Below are positions 8,358 through 16,256 of a DNA stretch of 31,878 nt, in pieces; position 1 is the first letter of the stretch; each line of letters opens with the position of its first letter. The DNA comes from a virus. Its lineage: Duplodnaviria; Caudoviricetes. The stretch spans positions 1 to 31,878 of IMG/VR virus record IMGVR_UViG_3300030330_000419; one strand, 5' to 3'. A program made the position numbers and the translations under genes. A model generated the notes under the pieces. It did no database searches and was not told the origin of the DNA. It saw only the letters and a list, made by a program, of their open reading frames with translations.

Positions 8358-8657
8358 ATGGCAACTCTAAGACAAAGAAACAACTCTATGCCATATGGTA
8401 TAGAGAGAAAGATAAGAATATCTATGGAAGAGAAGATAGACCCTAGAATAACTAATCTAATCAAAGCCTACGAGAAGACTTTAGATAATATAGATCTAGA
8501 TATAGAGAATACTAAAAGACAGATAGAGAGAGAAGTAAAGCTAGAAGAGGTAATGGGTAGAGAAGCTAGAGTAGCTTTAGGATGGATAGAGGCTTTAGAG
8601 TATGTATTAGTTTTAACCAAGAGAGAAAGAACACAAGGAGAAAAGATAATATGCTAG
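8358..8657 (+). CDS. Hypothetical helical protein (start uncertain)
   Basis: ORF track; may begin at internal MEEKIDPR. Confidence 0.6.
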   Translation: MATLRQRNNSMPYGIERKIRISMEEKIDPRITNLIKAYEKTLDNIDLDIENTKRQIEREVKLEEVMGREARVALGWIEALEYVLVLTKRERTQGEKIIC

Positions 8658-8803
8658 AATCAATTAAGCATCTACTAGGACTATGTGGAGAGCCACATGG
8701 TCTAGCACATATGCTATACGCATTAGGTAGTCTACTAGGTACAATATGCTATGGCATGATTAAGAGAGTATTATGGTGGATAGAGGATAACGTATGGATA
8801 TAG
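8651..8803 (+). CDS. Small membrane protein (50 aa)
   Basis: SD AAGGAG then MLESIKHLLGLCGEPHG followed by a hydrophobic segment. Confidence 0.7.
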   Translation: MLESIKHLLGLCGEPHGLAHMLYALGSLLGTICYGMIKRVLWWIEDNVWI

Positions 8804-8961
8804 AACAATTTATTAACAAGTATAGAAGCAATATAGATAGCTACTTAGAAGAGAAGTATCCAAGATTTAAGAGAACAGATCAAGAGAGACAGCTGTTTGT
8901 AGAGAATGATGAGTATCTATATAAATGGGCAGTCAAAAAGGGATTATCTACGAAAGATTAG
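8794..8961 (+). CDS. Small hypothetical protein (55 aa)
   Basis: SD GAGGA; MDIEQFINKYRSNIDSYLEEKY...ERQLFVENDEYLYKWAVKKG; below ORF-track cutoff. Confidence 0.7.
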   Translation: MDIEQFINKYRSNIDSYLEEKYPRFKRTDQERQLFVENDEYLYKWAVKKGLSTKD

Positions 8962-9096
8962 ATATGTATAAGATTTATAAAGAATTACCTACAAAGAGAG
9001 AGGTAGTAGTATAGATGAAAAAACAAACAACTAAGAATATTATCGAGAGGAGTATGCCTATGAGATAGTATTCTACAATCAAAGAAGGGAGAATAT

Positions 9097-10269
9097 ATGT
9101 GTGGTATATTTGGTTATGCAAAGCAGAGTAATGCACAGACAGACCAACAGATGGAGACCATCAACGTAGTTCTAAAGAATCTAGCTAGAGAATCAGAAGT
9201 CAGAGGTACAGATTCTACTGGTATAGCAGTTATTAACGAGAATAAGAATCCTCTAGTATTCAAGTCTCTAAAGAAAGCTAGTAATCTAGTTAAGAACAGA
9301 AACTATGGAGAGATTCAAGAGAGTATTGACAAAGAGACAGCGATAGTTCTAGGTCATACTAGATACGCTACTCATGGTACAGTATCTCTAAAGAATGCTC
9401 ATCCATTTAGTTTTGGCTCTATCATTGGTACTCACAATGGTGTAATATACAACCATGAAGATGTCTCAGCATCTCTCAAGAGAGTGTATGAGGTAGACTC
9501 ACAAGCTGTGTTTGCTCTATTTGACCAGAATAGTAACTTACAAGAATGTTTAGACGAAATGTATGGAGACTACGCATTAGCATGGAATAAAGATAACAAG
9601 AACACCTTGTATCTATTGAGAGAAAATGGTAGACCGTGCCACTACGTATACTGGAGTGAAGCTAGAGTTATGTTCTACGCATCTACTAAAGAGATACTAG
9701 AACAAGCTATACAAAAAAGCACTATGAGTAAACGTATAGATAAGCATACGATTGAAGTATACAATCACTTGCTAGATCTATACACGTCTGAGATACATAC
9801 ACTAGATGTGGATAAGTTATACACATTCGATACACACAAGTTTACAGACGAGTTAGTATACGAGACTAAAGACTATATCACAAACTCTATATCATATAAC
9901 TACGTAAATAGTAGAAGTGCCTGGAATTATGGTGGCTATGGTAGCTATGGATATAACACTTGCGATGTAGATGATTATATGCTAGACGAGATTAGTTGTG
10001 ATGGATGCAATGAGAAGACTCAGTACATGGATATAATCTACAACGAAGATACTAAAGAGTATGTATGCTATGATTGTGAATACAAAGAGAATCCAAAACT
10101 AAACGTAGACGAAGCTTATATGGAAGGTATAGAGTGTAGCGACTGCAAGTCTTACGATGACAACGTATATAAAGTCAAAGACAATTATATATGTGAAGAT
10201 TGTTATGTCAAGGGAGACTTATTCAGAGAGGAGGGTTATGAAGATGGACAACAAGCTTTTATCTCATAA
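9097..10269 (+). CDS. Class II (Ntn) glutamine amidotransferase with C-terminal CxxC repeats
   Basis: MCGIFG N-terminal nucleophile, RGTDSTG, GHTRYAT, NAHPF, HNGVI, VDSQ, YAST; four CxxC pairs at the C-terminus. Confidence 0.93.
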   Translation: MCGIFGYAKQSNAQTDQQMETINVVLKNLARESEVRGTDSTGIAVINENKNPLVFKSLKKASNLVKNRNYGEIQESIDKETAIVLGHTRYATHGTVSLKNAHPFSFGSIIGTHNGVIYNHEDVSASLKRVYEVDSQAVFALFDQNSNLQECLDEMYGDYALAWNKDNKNTLYLLRENGRPCHYVYWSEARVMFYASTKEILEQAIQKSTMSKRIDKHTIEVYNHLLDLYTSEIHTLDVDKLYTFDTHKFTDELVYETKDYITNSISYNYVNSRSAWNYGGYGSYGYNTCDVDDYMLDEISCDGCNEKTQYMDIIYNEDTKEYVCYDCEYKENPKLNVDEAYMEGIECSDCKSYDDNVYKVKDNYICEDCYVKGDLFREEGYEDGQQAFIS

Positions 10270-10555
10270 GAAGGTAGCTATGATAGTTGGTATAGAAGAT
10301 AGCATTAGGTATCGTACCAAACTACAAGCTATGAAGAAGCTATACAAGAAAGCTAAGAACAATCCATTTACAGATACAGAATCGTTTAATAGCTACATGA
10401 AGTTCATAGCTAACAAGATCAGAGAAGGTACAAGCGTAGAAGTTCAATCACTAGAGCCAGAGGAGATATTCGATACATTGAAGAAGATAGGTTGGCTTAG
10501 AGAGAGAAGCTACGCTAGTTTCTATATGATTACTACTAACAAAGCAATAGCTTAG
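10238..10555 (+). CDS. Hypothetical protein between GATase and amidoligase
   Basis: GAGG-rich SD before ATG 10238 (MKMDNKLLSHKK...), in frame with ORF-track ORF 10157-10555. Confidence 0.75.
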   Translation: MKMDNKLLSHKKVAMIVGIEDSIRYRTKLQAMKKLYKKAKNNPFTDTESFNSYMKFIANKIREGTSVEVQSLEPEEIFDTLKKIGWLRERSYASFYMITTNKAIA

Positions 10556-10564
10556 GAGGTATGT

Positions 10565-11896
10565 ATGCCAGGTAAAATAACTACTGGAAGAATAGAAACC
10601 TTTGAATGTGATTGTTGTAGTGAAACATATACAAAGACTACTCTTGGAGCTAGAAAGCGAGAGAGAGATGGTACCTTAGAGCATCCTATAAGACAAACAA
10701 TGGGCGTTGATGTATACGACCAACCACGTTGGGAGATATTATGCAATGTCTGTTACGATGATGTTATAGAAACATGCTGTGATTGCTCTTCTCATTTAGA
10801 GAGAGGTGGTACAAATACTTTCTACTCTGAAGATGGAGATTCATTCTGTGAAGATTGTTACTATGAGCATTATGGACACTGCGATGATTGTGGAGATGAA
10901 TGCCATAGAGACTATATGGTATATAGAGAAAGCAGAGAAGAGACGTACTGTGAAAACTGCGATCCTGGAGATGGAGATGATGTAGACCTATGGAGTTTTA
11001 ATAGAACAAATAAGATAGAGTCTACAATACCAGAAGCAGAATCACGTAGGTTCGTAGGTATTGAGATAGAGTGTTTAGTTGGGGATTCAGAATGGTGGGA
11101 TTATCATGATGGTTATCCAGAGACATTCAGAGCTGTTAGTGATAGTTCTATAAATAGAGAAGGAGAAGAGAGTGCAGTAGAGTTTGTACATAGAGCACCG
11201 ATACAAGGTAGAAGACTTAAGAGGTCTATAGTTTCTATGTGCGATTATCTATCAGATAATAACTTCTTTACTAATAAAAGCTGTGGTCTACACGTACACG
11301 TTGATGCTGCAGACATGGGTTACAGAGACCTTAAGTGGACTCTATTACTAGGTAAGTCTATTCAAGATATTATCTATAAGATGATGCCGATGTCTAGACG
11401 AGATGGTAGATGGGCTAAGAGAATACCTATGAGTAGAGAGAGTATACTTAATATCTGTGATGACCATGACTTCGTAGACTCATGGTACTCAGCTTGGGGC
11501 GTAGAGCCTAGCTACGAGAAGTACAATCACTCTAGATATTGTGGTATGAATATGCACTCTAGGATTATCAATGGCTCTATTGAGTTTAGGTATCACTCTG
11601 GTACTATCAATAGAAACAAGATAATAAACTGGATTACTATATGCCAAGCGATAGTAGATACTGGTAGACTTCTAGGTATGTATGGAGAAGCTAAATATAT
11701 TACTAATGTTCCACAAGAGTATCAGTATATAAAGATATTAGCTAACCAGATCTCTGAGAGAAACCTAACCTATGGAGAGTTTTGTAAGTATCTTAGATTA
11801 CCTCTTGAGGTAAAGCAACACGCTAGAAAGAGACTAACTAAGTTCTACAGCTCTGACTACAGAGAAGACTACGAGACTATGCATTTCTACGTATAA
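10565..11896 (+). CDS. Putative amidoligase (COOH-NH2 ligase type 2, glutamine-synthetase-like) with N-terminal Cys-rich repeats
   Basis: FVGIEIE, DSSI, VEFV, SCGLHVHV, RYCGMN, SIEFRYHSGT motifs; multiple CxxC; SD AGGAGGT. Confidence 0.9.
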   Translation: MPGKITTGRIETFECDCCSETYTKTTLGARKRERDGTLEHPIRQTMGVDVYDQPRWEILCNVCYDDVIETCCDCSSHLERGGTNTFYSEDGDSFCEDCYYEHYGHCDDCGDECHRDYMVYRESREETYCENCDPGDGDDVDLWSFNRTNKIESTIPEAESRRFVGIEIECLVGDSEWWDYHDGYPETFRAVSDSSINREGEESAVEFVHRAPIQGRRLKRSIVSMCDYLSDNNFFTNKSCGLHVHVDAADMGYRDLKWTLLLGKSIQDIIYKMMPMSRRDGRWAKRIPMSRESILNICDDHDFVDSWYSAWGVEPSYEKYNHSRYCGMNMHSRIINGSIEFRYHSGTINRNKIINWITICQAIVDTGRLLGMYGEAKYITNVPQEYQYIKILANQISERNLTYGEFCKYLRLPLEVKQHARKRLTKFYSSDYREDYETMHFYV

Positions 11897-11912
11897 TAGA
11901 AAGGAGGTGTCT

Positions 11913-12074
11913 ATCGAGACATTTGAAACACTAGATAGATTATATAAATCTATAGAGGATTTAGCAAATATATTCTATACAAAAGATAATAATGTAACCA
12001 ATGAAGATGTTCATGAGTCTATTGAAAAAGTTATAGATACTTATATAGAGTTAAAGAACATTAGAGAAGAGTAG
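11913..12074 (+). CDS. Small hypothetical protein (53 aa), probable ATC start
   Basis: Perfect SD AAGGAGGT at 11901-11908, then ATC GAG ACA TTT... open to TAG TAA; no in-frame ATG; in-frame GTG 11907 overlaps the SD. Confidence 0.65.
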   Translation: METFETLDRLYKSIEDLANIFYTKDNNVTNEDVHESIEKVIDTYIELKNIREE

Positions 12075-12111
12075 TAATATAAATATATAAGTATATAATT
12101 ATATATATATA
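12075..12111. other. TA-dinucleotide-rich tract
   Basis: taatataaatatataagtatataattatatatatata. Confidence 0.45.
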
Positions 12112-12129
12112 GACCCAACCATTGTCTAC

Positions 12130-12158
12130 AATATACGGAGTTTAGTAAAGTTTGTCAA
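12130..12158 (-). promoter_or_regulatory. Leftward (antisense) sigma70-type promoter
   Basis: TTGACA (12158-12153), 17 nt, TATATT (12135-12130). Confidence 0.75.
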
Positions 12159-12171
12159 GGAAAAAAATATC

Positions 12172-12200
12172 TTGATATGAAATATTTTTCTCTTTATATT
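12172..12200 (+). promoter_or_regulatory. Rightward promoter of recombination/replication operon
   Basis: TTGATA (12172-12177), 17 nt, TATATT (12195-12200). Confidence 0.75.
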
Positions 12201-12223
12201 GTAGACATGAGAAAGGATAACAT

Positions 12224-13114
12224 ATGCCAGCTATAGGATTTAAATATCCAGAGGGAGATACTATAACATTTGAAGATGCTCTAGAGAATAATAAGCTAGA
12301 CATTAATAGAATGGGTGTATATCCTACAGCTTTGAGAGAGATGGCTAAACAGAGAGATCCAGATAGAAAGCCATCTGTTACAGAGCTACTCAATGGTACT
12401 TGCCAATCCTACTTACAGAGAACTACAGAATATTATCTAGACCCACAAGACCTAGCATTTTCTCTAGCAGGTACTCTACATCATAATAAGTTAGAGAGTA
12501 ACGCTGATGAGACAGATGCTGAGATAAATGTAGAGGGATTAGATATAACTGGTATTGTAGACTTGTATGATAGCCAGACAAAGTCTTTGATAGACTATAA
12601 GAATACTGGCTCTTACAAAGCTGCTCAAGTACTAGGTATGGAGTTCTTCTTAGAAGATGACCCTAGTGGTGCTGTCTATCTAAGAGGTGGTAAGTGGGGG
12701 AAGAAAGGTTCTCCAAAAAAAGTAAAGAGATTCTGGTCTAATCCAGAGAAAGCAGATTTTGGAGACTGGTCTTGGCAGATTAATATGTATAGATATATGT
12801 TACAATCTAGTGGAAAACAAGTAGATAATATGTATGTACAGATGACAGTTAGAGACGGTGGAATACTTGCATCAAGAGACAGAGGCTTAGACAGAAATAT
12901 ATATCTAGTTGAAGTGCCATACATACACAACGATCACTTACTGGATTACTATAGAGATAAAAGAGATAGGTTATTACACGCTTTAAAAAATAAAATAACT
13001 CCAGAAAAGTGCAATGAAAGAGAAACGTGGGATGGTATGAAGTGTAAAAAATATTGTGAAGTTAGACATCATTGTCCACACGTAGACAAACAAGACATTC
13101 TAGAAAGGAAATAA
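12224..13114 (+). CDS. PD-(D/E)XK Cas4-like exonuclease
   Basis: SVTELL, GTLHH, ITGIVD...LIDYK, QINMY; C-terminal Cys cluster; next to an annealase. Confidence 0.85.
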   Translation: MPAIGFKYPEGDTITFEDALENNKLDINRMGVYPTALREMAKQRDPDRKPSVTELLNGTCQSYLQRTTEYYLDPQDLAFSLAGTLHHNKLESNADETDAEINVEGLDITGIVDLYDSQTKSLIDYKNTGSYKAAQVLGMEFFLEDDPSGAVYLRGGKWGKKGSPKKVKRFWSNPEKADFGDWSWQINMYRYMLQSSGKQVDNMYVQMTVRDGGILASRDRGLDRNIYLVEVPYIHNDHLLDYYRDKRDRLLHALKNKITPEKCNERETWDGMKCKKYCEVRHHCPHVDKQDILERK

Positions 13115-13115
13115 T

Positions 13116-13685
13116 ATGAAAAGCAACATATTTGAAACATTAGATAAGATAGATGTCTCTACTCATACAGAAAAGAAAGGACAGTTCAACTATCTAAGTT
13201 GGGCATGGGCAGTCAGAGAGCTACTTAGAGTGGCTCCAGAGGCTACCTGGACTGTACATGAGTGGGGACTAGAGGGTAATAAACAACCCTACATGCAGAC
13301 AGAAGCAGGGTGCTTTGTAAAAGTATCTGTCTCTGTAAACAACATTGTTAGAGAACAAGTTCATCCAGTTCTTGACAATAGAAACCAACCTATTAAAAAG
13401 CCAAACGCTTTCCAAGTAAATACATCTATACAAAGATGTCTAGCAAAAGCAATAGCTCTACATGGTTTAGGATTGTATATATTTGCTGGAGAAGACTTAC
13501 CAGATACTAGATTAGAAGAAGATAGTGTAAGAACACTAACTAGCTTAGCAGAGAAAACTGGAGATGCAGATATAATGCAAAAGATAGATGAGAGTATAGC
13601 TAGTGGTAAGATTAATAAAACTAATATAGAAGCTTATGAAGCTAGGCTACATAAATTAATAGATAATCCAAAGAAAGAAGATTAA
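13116..13685 (+). CDS. Sak/DUF1071 (Rad52-like) single-strand annealing protein
   Basis: YLSWAWA, PVLDNRN, NTSIQRCLAKAIALHGLGLYIFAGEDLP. Confidence 0.92.
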   Translation: MKSNIFETLDKIDVSTHTEKKGQFNYLSWAWAVRELLRVAPEATWTVHEWGLEGNKQPYMQTEAGCFVKVSVSVNNIVREQVHPVLDNRNQPIKKPNAFQVNTSIQRCLAKAIALHGLGLYIFAGEDLPDTRLEEDSVRTLTSLAEKTGDADIMQKIDESIASGKINKTNIEAYEARLHKLIDNPKKED

Positions 13686-14267
13686 ATGAGTAACGTAGAT
13701 ACAATACTAGATAAAAGTACATCTGAAGCATACTACGATCCATCTATGGATTTCTCTGGTCTAATGCCAGAAGGAATGTATAAAGCACATGCTACAGATT
13801 TAGTAATTAAAGAGAACATAGTTATCAAGAATAAATACATATCTGATATCTATGAAGTTAAGTTTGAGATAGCACCAGAGAACGAAGAGAACACTTACGA
13901 AGACAATGGTAATGAGATTAGTGGTAAGACTTTCGTAGGTAAAGAGGTACGCTCTAAAGGTTTCTTTAGATTTAAGAAGCCAGATAAGACTACTCATCCT
14001 AACTTAGAAGAGAATAGTGGATCGAATAAATCCTATATGGAATTAATACAATCTTTTGGAATAGTATCAGAGCCAGATAGTGAGGGTAGATACTTCTTAC
14101 CTAATGTAAACGAGAGCGATGTCGTAGGTATGCCAGTTGAGATAGAGGTAAAGCATAACGAATGGACAAACAGCGAGGGAGAGAAAGTTAAGACTCCAAA
14201 AGCTGTAGCTATATTTAGATGGGAAGGTCAAGCTAAGAAAGATTTAACAGAAGATTTGCCTTTCTAG
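13686..14267 (+). CDS. Putative single-stranded DNA-binding protein
   Basis: MPEGMY start, beta-rich, acidic C-terminal EDLPF tail; follows Sak. Confidence 0.75.
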   Translation: MSNVDTILDKSTSEAYYDPSMDFSGLMPEGMYKAHATDLVIKENIVIKNKYISDIYEVKFEIAPENEENTYEDNGNEISGKTFVGKEVRSKGFFRFKKPDKTTHPNLEENSGSNKSYMELIQSFGIVSEPDSEGRYFLPNVNESDVVGMPVEIEVKHNEWTNSEGEKVKTPKAVAIFRWEGQAKKDLTEDLPF

Positions 14268-14287
14268 TAGTTGTTTGATTAGAAAAA

Positions 14288-14319
14288 TGGGGTGTGAGTT
14301 TTTCCTTTCTTACACCCCA
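14288..14319. terminator. GC-rich stem-loop after SSB
   Basis: tggggtgtgag-tttttccttt-cttacacccca; A run on left so U tail is on the minus strand. Confidence 0.55.
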
Positions 14320-14332
14320 CTTGGAGAAAATT

Positions 14333-14416
14333 ATGTATTATAAAAAATCATATTATAGCGTAGGGCATTTGATACTACCTTTTCTTATACTTTGGTATTT
14401 AATGCCAGCAATATAG
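14333..14416 (+). CDS. 27 aa hydrophobic peptide
   Basis: SD GGAG; MYYKKSYYSVGHLILPFLILWYLMPAI; its stop overlaps the next SD. Confidence 0.5.
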   Translation: MYYKKSYYSVGHLILPFLILWYLMPAI

Positions 14417-14424
14417 GAGAATAT

Positions 14425-14616
14425 ATGGACACACACAATATTAATAGTGCTTTATCTACCATCATGTCTTTAAATGGAATAGAAGACATAAAGAAAGTAA
14501 ATATCAAAAGATCTTCAGAGACTGGAGAGCACTACATAAATTTTACAGACCAATCTGATAGACAGTTTACACTTAAGGTAGATATAAATCATGAGGAGAT
14601 GATAAGTAATGAATAG
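14425..14616 (+). CDS. Hypothetical protein
   Basis: SD AGGAG before ATG 14425 (MDTHNINS...). Confidence 0.75.
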   Translation: MDTHNINSALSTIMSLNGIEDIKKVNIKRSSETGEHYINFTDQSDRQFTLKVDINHEEMISNE

Positions 14617-14908
14617 AATAACAATGGCAGAAGCATCAGAAATAAAAGCTGACTCTGATGAGTTAGGTGATAACATAGTAATAGACGGTTCAATTAGTGC
14701 ACTTTTAGGAATAGAAAGTTTAATGATAGAAAAAGGCGATAGCACCACTAGCGAAGATATAGACAATTTTGTAAAATTTATATGCACTAAAGCAGAAGAA
14801 AGAGGAATGATTATTAGAAGAGAGGACAGAGCTAATGAAGATATCAAAATGGATAGAGATAGAAAACGAAATGACAAGCATGATGGGATGGAAGAGAGGC
14901 ATAGATGA
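14609..14908 (+). CDS. Hypothetical acidic protein
   Basis: SD GAGGAG; overlaps previous stop. Confidence 0.7.
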   Translation: MNRITMAEASEIKADSDELGDNIVIDGSISALLGIESLMIEKGDSTTSEDIDNFVKFICTKAEERGMIIRREDRANEDIKMDRDRKRNDKHDGMEERHR

Positions 14909-15062
14909 AATGGTCGATATCAAGAGAGAAGTTGCACCAAAAAAACCAATCGACGAACTCTCTCCAAGAGAAGATAAATTATTATTGTACAAGCTTAGAC
15001 AGCGATATGAAGGATATAGAGAGTATAAAAAAGAACTTGAATTTAAAAAATCATCATTTTGA
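14835..15062 (+). CDS. Hypothetical protein
   Basis: SD GAGGA at 14822-14826; 75 aa helical ORF. Confidence 0.65.
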   Translation: MKISKWIEIENEMTSMMGWKRGIDEMVDIKREVAPKKPIDELSPREDKLLLYKLRQRYEGYREYKKELEFKKSSF

Positions 15063-15169
15063 AGAATTAAGAGAAATAGTGGAGAGGATATATTAGATAA
15101 TAATAACTTGTATGTGTACAAATGAATTATATAATTGATCTGGTTGGCACCACTCTCCACTAAAAAATT

Positions 15170-15403
15170 ATGAAAAAAAGAAAAAACAAACCTACAATAA
15201 AAGAGATTCAGCTAGACTTGCAAACTGTGTATAGTGTAGTTAGGTCTATGGCAAACGAACTGCAGACTTTAAGAGTATTGATAGAGCATTATTTAAATAT
15301 GAAAAAAGATACTAAAAAGCTTGCAAAATACATAGAATCAAAAGCAAAAGAGTTGGAAGATGAAAGCAAAGAATCTAAAGATAAAAAACACAAAACTGCC
15401 TAA
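15170..15403 (+). CDS. Hypothetical coiled-coil protein
   Basis: 77 aa ORF with basic N-terminus; no obvious SD. Confidence 0.7.
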   Translation: MKKRKNKPTIKEIQLDLQTVYSVVRSMANELQTLRVLIEHYLNMKKDTKKLAKYIESKAKELEDESKESKDKKHKTA

Positions 15404-15599
15404 GTTTTGCTCTAATTGTGAGGCAAAGAAAAGTGATAGATGGCATATACTATTACTATGCGATAGCGATAGAATGAGTCCTAGACATTATTTATTATGT
15501 AAATCTTGTTATCCATATTATGACAATGCTAGTCCAGACCATAAGTTCTGGATAGAAAGAAACATGGATAACTATGAGAATTGTGATCACTATGCCTAG
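15360..15599 (+). CDS. Zinc-finger protein
   Basis: CSNC...CKSC. Confidence 0.6.
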   Translation: MKAKNLKIKNTKLPKFCSNCEAKKSDRWHILLLCDSDRMSPRHYLLCKSCYPYYDNASPDHKFWIERNMDNYENCDHYA

Positions 15600-15894
15600 T
15601 AAGAGTAAACAAAAAGGAAATAGATTCGAAAAAGAATGTGTTGACAAAGCAATAAAAAAAGGCTTAGATTCTAAAAGAGCATGGGGCTCTGATGGCAGGT
15701 CTTTAGGAGAACATCCAGAGGTAGACTTGCTAATTAACAAATATAAAGCACAATGTAAAGTGAGAAAGAAGATAGCAAAATGGTTAACACCAACGAAAGA
15801 AGTGGACATACAGATAGTGAAAGAAGACCGAGGGCAGATTTACGTAATCCAGAAGTACGAAGACTGGTTAGAGATGGTAAGCTCTCTCTCGTAA
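15574..15894 (+). CDS. Hjc-like Holliday junction resolvase (PD-(D/E)XK)
   Basis: SKSKQKGNRFEKE, EVDLLI, AQCK; likely start MPSKSK. Confidence 0.8.
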   Translation: MRIVITMPSKSKQKGNRFEKECVDKAIKKGLDSKRAWGSDGRSLGEHPEVDLLINKYKAQCKVRKKIAKWLTPTKEVDIQIVKEDRGQIYVIQKYEDWLEMVSSLS

Positions 15895-16256
15895 CAGCGG
15901 CTGACAATGGGACAAACTTAAGAACAAGTGATAAATCATATCAAAGAAGAGAGTATGCAAAGATAGAAGCATTGCTACATTATTTTGATGATGAGTGGTT
16001 TGATTTTGCTGGCATGAGAGCAGAGAATAGGTCAAAAGTAGTTCAGTCAAATGATAGAAGATCTATGGATAGTAAGCTAACACCAAGAAGATGCACTACA
16101 TGTAATAGAGAATATCATAGAAATGGATTAAAAAACGGAGTAGAGTCAGTAGAATATCTAGATAAAAGTGTATTTGGTACAATCAGAATGGAAAAGAAAG
16201 AGTGTCCAACATGCCAAGTAGAAAAGAAAAATGCCCCACTTGTGGATCGACAGTAA
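15780..16256 (+). CDS. Hypothetical zinc-ribbon protein (true start probably downstream)
   Basis: CTTC...CPTC in C-terminal part; long overlap with the resolvase makes the start doubtful. Confidence 0.6.
   Translation: MVNTNERSGHTDSERRPRADLRNPEVRRLVRDGKLSLVTAADNGTNLRTSDKSYQRREYAKIEALLHYFDDEWFDFAGMRAENRSKVVQSNDRRSMDSKLTPRRCTTCNREYHRNGLKNGVESVEYLDKSVFGTIRMEKKECPTCQVEKKNAPLVDRQ

Noticed and set aside
8964-9068. Two 16-17 codon ORFs before the GATase
   Set aside because: Too short to support without conservation data
7135-12074. Amber (TAG) stop-codon reassignment suggested by TAG-rich DNA
   Set aside because: Long conserved genes are intact in the standard code, TAG stops are followed by new SD/start signals, and no suppressor tRNA was seen
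12224-13114. CRISPR-Cas association of the Cas4-like gene
   Set aside because: No repeat-spacer array or other cas genes; context is Sak plus SSB recombination
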